From Torpedo marmorata (Eukaryota): a stretch of 64,000 nt of DNA. Of the stretch, positions 37,254-49,341 are shown one piece after another (positions within the stretch are counted from its first letter, which is position 1; every line of letters starts with the position of its first letter). The notes under the pieces were generated by a model. That model saw only the letters and a list, made by a program, of their open reading frames with translations. It had not been told where the DNA came from and did not search any database. The stretch covers positions 57,350,001 to 57,414,000 of the forward strand of contig OZ360219.1 of the NCBI GenBank assembly GCA_977017645.1, written 5' to 3'. The translations under genes and the position numbers were made by a program.

Positions 37254-37336
37254 ATACTGGTCTTTACACCTTTACTGTTTCCAGTAAACCTTGGATGTTT
37301 GCAAACAAAGTCTGTTAAAACGCAGCAAAAGCAGTA

Positions 37337-38183
37337 CAGGTAGTCCTCAACTTACGACCTACGCGAGTTACGTCCACCCGCACATATGACAGAATTTTTT
37401 TTGTATTAAAAGTACTGTATATATGTTGAGATTCTTTATTACAGTATTTACTTGAAGTTCATAAAAATCGCATAATAAAGTGCGACGACGCTAAACGCTC
37501 ACAGCTTAACGCTGCTCAACAGCATGTTTAAACTCGTTTAGAAGTAGTCGTTGGACTCGGACGTCGGGCAGGAGCGGCGGCTCAATAATCCACTGTGTCC
37601 TACGGACATTGATCCCGCATACCCAAAATCCCCCACACAGCCATGGAAACGCAGAGTGGTTCCAGCTGTGTGGGGGATTATGGGTAATTAAGACATGTTC
37701 GGGGCGTCGGGAGCTCGGATGGACGGGCGGCCCAGGCAAAGATCCACGGTCGGGTGCATCAGGAGCTCGGATGGACGGGCGGCCCAGGCAAGGATCCGCG
37801 GTCGGGGGCTCGGATGGACGGGCGGCCCAGGCAAGGATCCGCGCGCGGTCGGGCTCAGATGGACTGGCGGCCCAGGCAAGGATCCGCCGTCGGGAGCTCG
37901 GGTGGCCGAGGCGTCGGGAGCTCGCATGGGTGGGCGGTTGCGGCATTGGGAGCTCGGATGGGTGAGCTGTTCCATAAGGATGGGTTTCCCTTGAATTAGC
38001 TAGGACCAGAATCCAAGTAAATACAACAACTGGAGCTGGAAACAAGGCTTTAAACTGAAAATAATGTTGATGGTGGTAGTGGGGGTGGTAGCAGATGTGC
38101 GCGGCAGGATGAATCCGACTTACGACCAATCCGAGTTACAACCACTCTTGCCCCAATTACAATCGTAAGTCGAGGACTATCTG
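37337..38183. mobile_element. Tigger/pogo-type MITE with internal ~43-bp tandem repeat (~37707-37960)
   Basis: TIRs CAGGTAGTCCTCAACTTAC / GTAAGTCGAGGACTATCTG; TA TSD; related copy at 54151-54610. Confidence 0.88.
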
Positions 38184-38261
38184 TAGTGTGAAAAGGTTGA
38201 TGCATGCTGATAGGTATGTTGTTGCCTGGAATTATATGAGCTGACATGGTACAGTAAAATG

Positions 38262-39015
38262 ATTTTCAGATTTTAGATTTATTGTCAGTACATACACGGC
38301 ATCACATACAACCCTGAGATTCTTTTTCCTGCGGGCGAGGCAGAATTACCACTTATTGGTAGTGCAAAAAATCTGACTCAGTGTACACCTGTAAACAAAG
38401 AACTGTAAACAGATAATGAATGTAAACAAATTGACTGCAATACAGAGAAAAAAAAATCAATAAAGTGCAAAAGTAAGATTCCTTAAATGAGTCCCTGATT
38501 GAGTTTGTTGTTGAGGAGTCTGATGGTGAAGGGGTAGCAGCTGTTCCTGAACTTGATGGTGTGAGTCTTGTGGCACCTATCTCTCTTTCCTGATGGCAGC
38601 AGCGAGAACAGAGTGTGTGTCTGGGTGATGTGGATCCTTGATGATTGCTGCTGCTCTCTGGCGGCAGCGTTCCCTGTAGATGTTCTCGATGGTGGGGAAG
38701 GTTTTGCCTGTGATGTCCTGGGCTGTATCCACTACCTTTTGCAGGGCTTTCCACTCAGTTGTATTGGTTTCCCCATACCAGACCATGATGCAGCCAATCA
38801 GCACACATTCCATCACACATCTAGAAATTTGCCAGGGTTTACGATGTCATACCAAACCTCCGCAAACTCCTGTGGAAGTAGAGGCGCTGACGTGCTTTCT
38901 TCACGATGCCATTTGTGTGTTGGGTCCAGGAAAAATCCTCCGAGATAGTGACTCCCAAGAACTTAAATGTGCTCACCCTCTCCACTTCTGATCCCCCAAT
39001 GATCACTGGATTGTA
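38262..39015 (-). mobile_element. Rex1/Babar LINE 3' end
   Basis: FKFLGVTISEDFSWTQH..KKARQRLYF, AAAIIKDPHHP. Confidence 0.88.
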
Positions 39016-39071
39016 ATTCAGATTGAATTCTTTTATAATTTTTACTTTTGTTTTGCTTTGTTTAATTTCAG

Positions 39072-39227
39072 ACTGCTTTGTATTTAACAAAGGTTTGGGA
39101 AGTTACATCATCTCTTTCGGCTCAAGTGGAAGACCTGACTGCAAAATGTTCAGCAAATGCTCAATTTCTGAAAGCATGGAGGGATCTACTCAAGGAGGGG
39201 TATGAATCCCTGAAACCTAAAAATTGA
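39072..39227 (+). CDS. C4orf46: C4orf46 orthologue exon 2
   Basis: TTTCAG acceptor; [51 protein letters not shown], matching human [34 protein letters not shown]. Confidence 0.95.
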   Translation, partial: TALYLTKVWEVTSSLSAQVEDLTAKCSANAQFLKAWRDLLKEGYESLKPKN

Positions 39228-39915
39228 CCAAAAGGATGAAAAATATTATCCTTTCTGTTTGATGAAGAAAGAACCTGATGTTTAGCATCATAAATTCCTT
39301 TTAAAGTCAAAGAAACGGTTGTGAAAAGTAAACCGGAGCCAAGGTTATACAGCTATCTAAAGCTGAGTGTTGAGAAGAAAAGGATGATAAAATAATCTTC
39401 AACGTGTACATTAGTACATTGTATAAGATCTTTATGTTGGGGATTAATTATTTGGTCCAAAAGTATATGGCTTCTTGATAAGTTGAATGAGTTTCTTTGC
39501 ATCTAGAATTAGAGGAAAAAGGAGTTGAATTAAGAACATTATTATTTGGAACAGAAGTAATTCTTCAAAATTTTTGTATATTTGATTCTTGTTTATGGTC
39601 TTCTGAGCAAAGTGTGGAGTAGACTTTTAAATTTCCTTTATGTTGTTCCCTATGATGAGTTAAGTTTTAGAAATGCAATTGATGAGGGCTTGCTGAACCA
39701 CCTTTTTTGAATATTATTCTTCTAATGGATCTTCATGCTTTGGTTCTGACTAATAAGAACACACAGACAGTGAACCCTAAAGCTTAGCATTTGGATACAA
39801 GTGCCTCTGCCTGGTTGCATAAATGTGATGAAAGACATTACTATTTTGTTTCTTACCATATCTGTTTCACAGCTAATTGGTATTAAAAGCAATGTTGGTT
39901 GTACAGTACTGTATA

Positions 39916-40541
39916 CAGTACGTTTCCCCGTATCCGAAGTTCTGAATACCGAAAAGATCCAAAAACCGAACTTTTTTTTAGCGCCAACATGACATCACAA
40001 GTTGAAAAAAATTTATCTCCCGGCTTGCCCATGTGGGGCTCTGATGCTCTGTTGGCTCCAGTTTGGTAACAACAGAGCTCAGAACCAGCCGGGAAGACAG
40101 ATGCTGAACAGCTGGATGTCGGCTCAGAGAAGCAGGCTTGAATCTCGAGCCATCAGTGAGCGACTGGAGGAAGTCGGTGGGTCAGGCAGCGCATGGGGAG
40201 AAATTAGGTGCAAGGGTCAGCCCTTAAACCAAAGGACATGAATGCTGATTGTCCTCGTTTCAAGTAACTCCCTCCCCTCTCTTTCCATTTCTTCTTTACC
40301 CTCCGCTGTACTTGGTTTACAAACCGTGTGCTGCTGTCTCCCAGCCACAAGCGGTCGGAAGAATCCTTTGTCCCAGTGTCATCAAGGAGAGCGGCCTCCC
40401 AGGCAGGAGTGGGGAGGTGTCGGGGATCGGTGACGGCTGATGCTACTGTGCTGTTTTTTCGGTTTTGTTCCGATAACTTAAAAAACCCAAAAAATGAACA
40501 ACGTCTGGTCCCAAGCATTTCGGATACGGGGAAATGTACTG
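39916..40541. mobile_element. Tigger-type MITE in the probable C4orf46 3' UTR
   Basis: TIRs CAGTACGTTTCCCCGTATCCGAA / TTCGGATACGGGGAAATGTACTG; TA TSD. Confidence 0.9.
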
Positions 40542-41328
40542 TATATGTTCAGGGAAAGTGCCTTTTAATAGCAGGTTTCTATTACAGTTACCTTGGGAGT
40601 TGTTACAGTTATTTGATAGAATAAATATGGAAAAAGTAAAATTGTCTAATCTTACAAGCATAATGGACAATATATCAGATAAGAATTTTATTTTCAATTA
40701 TTAAAGGAAAAGGTGCACATTATTATAACTACAGCGTTTTCTAAAATATAAATAGTACTCAAAATAATTGGTAGGTCAAGCAACATCTATGGAGAGAAAT
40801 GGACTTGACGGTCCAATGACCTTTAGTCAAAATCTTTATCAACCTGAAATATTACCTCTTGTCTCCACCATTATATCCAACATTTATTGTTTTTATCTCA
40901 GTACTCCAGTTGCTTTTTTTTTTTGCATTTTGTTCCTTTTTTTCTGTTCTAATTTTTTTTTGTAGTTCACTTTCTTTGTGACGGTGTCAAAAGCACTATG
41001 AAAAATGTAACCTGGGAATTGTACTGGTAAGAGAGGATAATCATTCTCCTCTTATAAATTCTATCTTTTACATATGGTAATGTATTTAATGTTTGTTTAG
41101 AATAGGTATTGTATGTGTGTGATTTGCATCTATTAAACAGTAGAACCCTTTTAGAAAAATTATATTTGTGTATTTATACTCTGTACCAACACTGCCAAAT
41201 TATTAAAAATGTTTCATCTTGTGCAATCAATTGACATGCAAAATATAGTTTTAACATTTTGATTTTTGGGAAAACTTTTTAATGATTTGTGTTTTGTCCA
41301 TTCAACTTTATAAAATGTATTTTTTTGC

Positions 41329-41334
41329 AATAAA
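41329..41334 (+). promoter_or_regulatory. Candidate C4orf46 polyadenylation signal
   Basis: AATAAA after a U-rich tract with TGTA motifs; GU/U-rich sequence downstream. Confidence 0.5.
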
Positions 41335-42369
41335 GTTGAGTCAACATATGTAATGTGCTGTTAATGCCACAGGTTTTCTTTTTGGATTTCAAAGTCTTGA
41401 GAATCTGCAAAGGTTTCTAACATCAAATTTGTTATTTTCCTGGCCTCCCTTCTAAGTTTATTGATTGCATTTCTATTATTGCAGTATTATGTTTGCTGCA
41501 AATTTAGCGTTTTCCATTGATTTTGGCATGTGCTCACCACTGTCTGCTCAAACACAAGGAGGCAGAGGAGTTACCTTACTGATTGGAAATGGCCCAGGGT
41601 CCAGCAACTAAGCCTAAGCTTTGGTAGAAGAGGGGTGAAGCTCAAACCTCAAGAGGGGTGTGAAGCCCAAGCCCCAAAACTACCCAAAGCTTTGACAACT
41701 GGAAAAACCCTGCACTCTGCCAGATGTCAGAACTTTTTAAATGTTTGGCAAAAAACGATTAAATGAAAAATGATTGTTTTTTAAAAAAGGATACAATAGT
41801 CTTGACAAAAATCAAAATCCAACATTGAAGTACAATTAGGAAATGCTCTGAGAGCATAAGTGTGGAAGTTTGGGATTTTCACATTTGTGCTTATTTGCCC
41901 TGCACTTCCACACTATTACAGTTAAAATTTGGCAGCTCCGTAGGGATTTTCTGGCTTTTTAATGTGAACTTCAGACCTACAGGGTACTCATCCTGATTCA
42001 TGGCAGATTACAATGCGATCTCTCTCGTGCCACTGTGATTATGATACATTGAATATACATGTATTTCATACAATTTATTTAAATAGTAAAATATTTATTT
42101 AAATCCATGATGTCACATGAAAAGTCACAAAGCGTTTCCAATATTTTCTGTTTTCACTAGAGACTGCAATGTAGACGTTATGTTACAAAGTATTTTTTTT
42201 CAATATATTATGATTAAAGTGCTTTAATTAGGATTAGGTGCAGAGCAAACGGTTTTAATATATTGGTTGGCAACCTTGATGTGAATAGTTCTAGATGCTT
42301 AAAATAATGAGGATTCCTACCTAACCCTGAGACCTAAGAAAGTAGACCAGATGAAAAGTTCAGTATGGG

Positions 42370-42640
42370 AATACTGAACTGTTGGAGGGGCAGTACTGAG
42401 GGAATGTCACACTGTTGGGTGATACTGAGCGAGCATTGAACTGTTGAAGGGGCAGAATTGGTACAGTGCTACACTGTTGGAAGTGTGGCCTGAGTGAGTG
42501 CCGAAATATAGCAGGGGCAGTACTGAGGAAGCACTACACTGTCAGGCAGGCAATACTGAGGGAGTTGCATTGTCAGAGGGGCTGTACTGGGACTGCTGCT
42601 GTCAAACTGCCAACTTTTTAATGAATCATTAAACCAAAGA
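42370..42640 (+). repeat. Degenerate ~33-bp tandem repeat resembling the DeuSINE Deu-domain
   Basis: Units like GGGGCAGTACTGAGGGAATGTCACACTGTTG, ending in ..TTAAACCAAAG. Confidence 0.6.
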
Positions 42641-43679
42641 ATGCACTGTTGGCCACAAAGACCATGAGAGATGCTACTTGTTCATAGACAGATACTCCAA
42701 GAGCCAAGACAGAGGGATATAGACCAAATGCAGGTAAATGGGATTAGTAAAGATGGGCAAAAGGTTGGTATGGACATGGTGGGCCAAAGGGCCAGTTTCT
42801 GTGCTGTACTGCTCTGAATGACTGAAAAGGCAATTTATTTAAGTGTGGTTCATATCACTTGTTAATTATGTTTAGGTAAAATTTTGGTAAACAAAGTACA
42901 TGACAACACACCAAAGAGCTGTTCTCATATATCTCGTGTAAAAGGTGTTCAAAATGCATGGAAAAGGTCTGTTCAAATTATCACGACAAAATATAATTCA
43001 AATTCAAGACAAGAGAGACTGCAGATGCTGGAATCAGACAATATCAGTCTGCTGCAGGAAATTGGCGTATCGAGCAGCATCAGTGGAAGAAAAAGGATGG
43101 TTGAAGTTTTGGAATGAATAAACCCAATAATTTGTTTTGTTGAATTTTAGGCTCATGTTAGATTCTTAACATCATTACACAGGAGTTATGGTAAAGACTT
43201 TGCACTGATGAAGAACAACTTTGTTTTCACACTGATACCAAGTTAGATATTCACTGATTTGATGTAACTTACAATTGGAGGATTTAGTTAGGCTCACATT
43301 GGATTTCCCTTTTGCAGGTGTCAATCTTCATGAAGTGACAATTCATGTTAATCATGGGAGAGGAAAATTCTTACTGTATGTAATGTAAAAGGATTGGAAA
43401 ATTAAACATTGGAATCACAATAGGATACAATATTGGAAAGGTTTAGAGACTCACTGAGTTGCAAGAAGCCTGAATGAGGCAAAACAGAACGTTGAACAAG
43501 CACGAATTAAGGGAATGGAATCAAATCTGATAACCGAATTTCATGACTTGTTCATGACAATAAATTCTGATTCTGATCCAGGGTGAGTGGGAGAAGATAG
43601 CAGAATACTCTACCTTTGAGTCCCACTTTGGCATCCTACCACAATTGAATTTCCAGCTCTGACAATTGAATTAGTGCAT

Positions 43680-44090
43680 CTTGCACTCATGACAAACTCA
43701 AAGGTTTCATCACCTTTACTGCCAATTTGCACCCTGCTCCCACCTTCATGTCGTCCATCACTGACTTCTCCCTTGCTTTTCTAAATCTCTCCACCTCCAT
43801 TTCAGAGGATGGTCTAGTCACAAACACTATAAGCCTACAGAAACCCACAGCTAACTTGATTACATTTCCTTCCATCCTGCCTCTTTTTGGGACATTAATC
43901 CATTCTTCCAATTCTGAGGAAATATTCTGTAAAGATGCCTTTGAAATGTCATCCTTTTTCCTGACCTGTTTCTTACCAACTACCAGAATGGACAGAGCCC
44001 TTGATTGCTTCTCATCTATTTCCAGCCCCTTGGCTCTTAACCCTCTCCTGGGCAGAACAGGAACAATGAGTCCCTTGGTCCTCATTGATG
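43680..44090 (+). mobile_element. Penelope-like RT remnant
   Basis: FITFTANLHPAPTFMSSITDFSLAFLNLSTSISEDGLVT resembles PLE RT (NFHPALKFTWSISDTSLPFLDLSV). Confidence 0.7.
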
Positions 44091-44297
44091 CATCTGGAGC
44101 ATGCAGAAGCCCAGCAAGAAGGGCAGAAGGGACACATCACAAACTCCCCACTACCCTGTCCCATTTGTGTAAAGTTTCCACACAGACCTCATCAATCACT
44201 TCAAACCCCACAATTCCAAAACAAGCAAGTCATCCTCAATTCCAAACGATTGCACATGAATCTTTTATCCAGCAAAACACTGGTAATGCTGATAGAA

Positions 44298-44507
44298 TAA
44301 AACACGAAAGTCTGCAGACGCTGTGATTGAAGTAAAAACAATGCTGGAGAACCTCAGCAGGTGAAACAGCGTACTTTATGTAGCATAGATACATAACCAA
44401 CATTTCAGGCCTGAGCCCTTCATCAAGGTATCTTTTTCCATCATACCTTGATGAAGGGTTCAGGCCCAAAACATTGGTTATGTATCTATCTTTGCTATAT
44501 AAAGCAC
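44298..44507. mobile_element. Penelope-associated palindromic short element, split by a Gypsy insertion and resuming at ~46678
   Basis: CTGCAGACGCTG head; ~47-bp inverted arms at 44385-44431 and 44443-44489. Confidence 0.7.
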
Positions 44508-46677
44508 TGTAGTGAACCAAGACATGGTAGTCCTTGTGAAGCGGTTTAACTCCATCTTTTATTGGCACTCTGGTGTATATTTCAAGCACAAAAAAACCCC
44601 AAGATCCTTTGCGGCCCCCGGGACCATTGTGACGTCAGCCTGGAGGTCTGACAACGCTCCCAGTGTCTCGGGGCTCTCAGCCCCACCCGAGCCTGCACCT
44701 CCGTAACCCGGTTCGCTTGTGGATCGGCACAGCCCACTACATGACCCCCCCCCCCCAAGAACCGGTGTCAGGAGGTGATGAGTCCATTCGTCATATAAAG
44801 TTATTTTATTTAGGCGGGCGACCTCTCTGCCGTGGACACACTAATGGCACCTGCTGCTCCAGGTCGACGTGAGGCGTTCAATGGTGAATGCTTCTTCCCT
44901 GCCTCCAATGTCCAGTACACACGTCATTCCATTGTGTCGGAGCACTTTGTAGGGTCCATCATACGGCCGTTGAAGTGGAGTTCGATGCGCCCCACTGCAC
45001 ACAAACATGTACTGGCAGTCCTCGAGCTCTCTTGGGACGTAGGAGGCCATCAGACCATGGCATGAGGTTGGGACAGGCGCCAAGGTGCCGACTTTCTCCC
45101 GAAGTCGCGTCAGGAGGGCTGTGGGCGGTTCTTCCTGCCTACGGGTCAGTGGTACGAATTCACCCGGGACCGTAAGTGGGGCTCAGTACACGAGTTCGGC
45201 GGAGGACGAGACCAGATCTTCTTTCGGCGCCGTGCGGATTCCTAGTAGCACCCATGGCAATTCGTAAGTCCAATTGGGGCCATTGAGTCGAGCCATCAGG
45301 ACTGTTTTCAGTTGGCGGTGAAACGTCTCGACGAGGCCATTGGACTGCGGGTGGTAGGCCGTGGTGCGATGTAATTGGGTGCCGAGGAGTTGGGATAGCG
45401 CTGACCATAGTGTCGAGGTGAACTGTGCCCCTCTGTCCGAAGTTATGTTCGTGAGCAGCCCGAAACAGGCTATCCAATTGGCGATGAGGGCCCTGGCGCA
45501 GGACGTTGCGGATGTGTCCGAGAGTGGTACCGCCTCTGGCCATCTGGTAAACCTGTCAACCATATTGAACAGGTATGTGGCGCCTCTGGAGATCGGCAGG
45601 GGACCAACGATGTCGACGTGTAAGTGGTCGAAATTCCTGCGTGTCAGGAGAAATGACTGGAGCGGAGCTTCGACGTGCCTCTGAATCTTGGAGGCTTGGC
45701 AGTGTACGCAAGTTCTGGCCCAGTGGCCGACCTGTTTACGTAGGCCGTGCCACATAAACTTGTCGGTAGTAGCATCACTGTTCCTTCTCCGAGCTGTCCC
45801 CAACTGTGTTAGGCTTTCTCTCCAGCACTGGAATAGTACGATTTCCCTAGCGTGATGCGACAACCCGGTCGATGGCTGTTCCGCCATATTGATTGGCCTG
45901 TAACGCAGCAAAGTAGTTAATGGCAGGTCCGCCATGTCGCTTAGCCTGCCATAGGGCGTCAGCTCGGGCCGCCACCCTGCGAGGGTCTCCGAAGTCTTAA
46001 TCGGCCAGGAGCAGGTGAATGTCCTCCGGCATCCGTTCTAGGAATATATGCTCAAACAGCAGGCAGGGTTTGTGACCGTCCATCAGCGCCAGCATGTCGC
46101 TCATGAGGGTGGATGGTGTGCGGTCGCCCAGGCCATCCATATGCAGCAGCCGCGCTGCTCGCTCGCGGCGGGAGAGCCCGAAAGAGCATATGAGGAGCGC
46201 TTTGAGTGCCTCATACTTGACTTCGGTGGGAGGCTGATGCAGGAAATCGACACTCCTGCCGGCAGTCTCCCGGTCCAGAGAACTGACCACGTAATAGTAT
46301 TTTGTGGCGTCAGTGGTGATTTGCCTAACCTGAAACTGAGCCTCAGCCTGCTGGAACCAGACAACAGGCTGTGAGGTCCAGAATGTAGGCAGCTTCAAGG
46401 AGACTGCGTTAGAGTCGTTCATCACGTCGGGGGTCACCAAAATGTAGCGAACCAAGACACAGTAGTCATTGTGAGGCGGTTTAACTCCACATTTAATTGG
46501 CACTCTCTGGTGTATATTTCAAGCCAAAAAACCCCCAAGATCGTTTGCGGCACCCGGGACCATTGTGACATCAGCCTGGAGGTCTGACAACGCTCCCAGT
46601 GTCTCGGGGCTCTCAGCCCCGCGCGAGCCTGCACCTCCGTGACCCGGTTCACTTGTGGATTAGTGCAGCCCGCTATA
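44508..46677 (-). mobile_element. Internally deleted Gypsy LTR retrotransposon (gag + integrase)
   Basis: LTRs 44508-44741 and 46443-46677; PBS TGGTGACCCCCGACGTGAT 46421-46439; G-run PPT ~44745-44757; gag LKLPTFW..WFQQAEAQF; IN DIVGPLP, SDRGAQF, YHPQSNGLVE. Confidence 0.95.
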
Positions 46678-47180
46678 GTATGCTGTTTGACCAGCATTGT
46701 ATTTTCACTAGTAATGCTGATGACCTGTTCTGGCTAGTGACAGTGGCTTCAAGGCATAGAGATCTAGTGTTTTTGCTCCTTTATCCTTAATACTCCTGCC
46801 TCAGTCGCCCCTTTCACACTGGCACTTTAACCCAGTAATTAACTGCCAATCTACCGGTTCACATGCCAGTGTGAACGCTCGCGAACCGGCACGCAGGGGC
46901 CAAATTGCCCCGGGGAGGAACCGCCAAGGGAGGTAGTATCATTGCCAATTCGTTTTGAATCGGCGTACCGGTTCGCCCAGTGTGAACGGGACAGGGGGTA
47001 TGCTGGGTCTAATTAGTGACGCGTTGATGACATACTTGCATGCGACCACGTGGTGAGTCAGTCTGCAAGAGTCGTCGGAGAGGTAGAAGGACTTTCAATT
47101 TCATCCACATTTTTCATTACTATTTTTCATTTCTCCAGCATTTGTGTTTTTTATTTCATTACTATTCCTTTGAAATAATT

Positions 47181-48650
47181 ATGGTCTCAAACTGGGGCGA
47201 TCGGGAGGGTGCAGGAGCTCCTCTAAGGGCTGAGGAGGCGGCCTTTCATCATTTAACGGGCACAATTAAAAACGGCCCGTTATATGAGGGGATCGCCTCC
47301 AGGCTCAGAGACATGGGGTTTGCCAGGGACAAGTCCCAGGTGATCAACAAACTGATGAGTCTTCGGAGGAAGTTTCTTCAGGTTGTTGATCACAATGGTA
47401 GGAGTGGGAGGGAGTGGCTCGACTGGCCATACTACGACCTGGCCTACCAGATCTGGGGTACCAGCCAGTCAGCAAACCCTGTGTCCCTGATCGCCAACAT
47501 TCAGCCCAGTGAGAGGGCTCCCATAGGCTCACCGGTGCCTTCATCCAGTTTGGAACCGAAGGAAACCAACGTCCCCAGTACCCTATTTGCCCCCAGTACC
47601 TTATCTGCCCCCAGTACCTCATCTGCTCCCAGTACCTCAACTGCCCCCAGGACCTCAACCGCTCCCAGGACCTCAACCGCTCCCAGGACCTCAACCACCC
47701 CCAGGACCTCAACCGCTCCCAGGACCTCAACCACCCCCAGGACCTCAACCACCCCCAGGACCTCAACCGCTCCCAGCATCTCAACTGGCCCCAGCATCTC
47801 AACTGGCCCCAGCACCTCATCTGCTGCTGCGCCAGAGCCAGGTCAGAAATGCTTTCACATCTTTCCAATTTTTCTAAAGTGTTTTGTGAGTGCTTGCCCA
47901 TGAAGTGCCATCCTTCTAATCTCCTATGTGTTCCACTGCTCTCCAGGAATCGAGGGGAGGAGGAAGAGGAGGAAGCCCACCAAGACACAGGAGGTCACCA
48001 TCGAGATCCGGGGATTGCTCCATGAGATCGACCAAGAAGACCAGGAGCGTGACCGCCTGCGTCAGGAGAGGCAGGCAGAGAGGGAGGAGGGGCTGGTTCG
48101 AACCCACCACGAGGCGGAAAGGCAGGAACGGGAGGCTGACTGGCAGGAGCGCCAGCAAAACATCGCCAGTTTTCGCGAATGATTACGGACATACACCAGG
48201 AGATGCAGGCCCAGACGGGCCTGATGAGGGACCTCATCTCCACGCTTGGCATTCGTGCATGCCTCCAGCCTTCGCCCTCCTCCCTCCAGCCTCCTCCCTC
48301 CACCATCAGCCTTCCTCCCTCCATCATCAGCATTGCTCCCTGCAGCCTCCTTCCTCCTCCTTCCAGCCTCCTTCCTCCTCCTTCCAGCCTCCTCCCTCCA
48401 CTCACCTCCCTCCAACATCAGCCCTCCTCCCTCCAGCATCAGCTCACCCCCCTCCAGCCTCCTCCCTACACTATCTGTCCTCCTCCCACCATCATCTACC
48501 CATCCCAATGGACCACCCCATTCACCTTCCAACCCCCACAGCATCTGACCTGTCGTTACCGGGGAGTGGGGAAGTGTCTGAGGGAGATGACTCTTTCAAT
48601 CCCCCTTTCACCTCCTCGCTCCTCCTTTTATTAGAAGACGATGAGTAATT
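47181..48650 (+). pseudogene. Harbinger Myb/SANT-like (trihelix) DNA-binding gene; intron ~47842-47947
   Basis: KNGPLYEGIASRLRDMGFARDKSQVINKLMSLRRKF..W.YY; 18-bp STAPRT repeat; GRRKRRK NLS-like motif after a CTCCAG acceptor. Confidence 0.82.
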
Positions 48651-49341
48651 TTAAAAATTAAATTCCTTCATAATTGTACATAGTTTCAAAACATGATGAA
48701 AAGCTTATTTTTGAAATTCCTTTATTTTTTCATAATTGTACATACCGGTAGTTCAAATTGTTAATAGTTAAGTGTTAAAATGTTTATGCATTACTCCAAA
48801 TTTGTTTTTTCTACAACGTTTACATTTTTATGATGCACTACTTTGTGAGATGTGCAATAAACTTTTAATTTAAATTTCAATTAAAAGCCTAAGTTGTTTG
48901 CTTGAAGCGTTCACAAAATGGACATAATAGCCTCACGTATAGCCTGGTGACCCCGTGCTGTTGCACCCCGATAAGGAACTCTATCTGGCGGAGGGAGATC
49001 TGCTACCTCACTCCTCCACTCTTCCAAGAAGTGCTCTTTGTTAATCTCACATATATTACACAGGACACAACAGGCAATAACAACCTCAGCCACAAAAGCG
49101 GTACTAATATCAAGATGTTTGGCCAGGCACCTCCAGTGACCTTTGAGGCGTCCAAAAGCATTCTCCATAGCCATTCGTGCGGAACTCATTCGGTAGTTGA
49201 ATTTTCGCTTCTGTTGATCGAGCACATGGTGTTGCGTGAACCCCTTCATCAGCCAATTCCTGAGCGGGTAGGCGGGGTCCCCGACCAAATGTGCAGGGAT
49301 TTCCACTCCGTTAACAATCTTGGATCCCTGTGGGCAGAGCA

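Noticed and set aside
37707-37960. CRISPR-like repeat array
   Set aside because: Tandem repeat without unique spacers inside a eukaryotic MITE; no cas genes.
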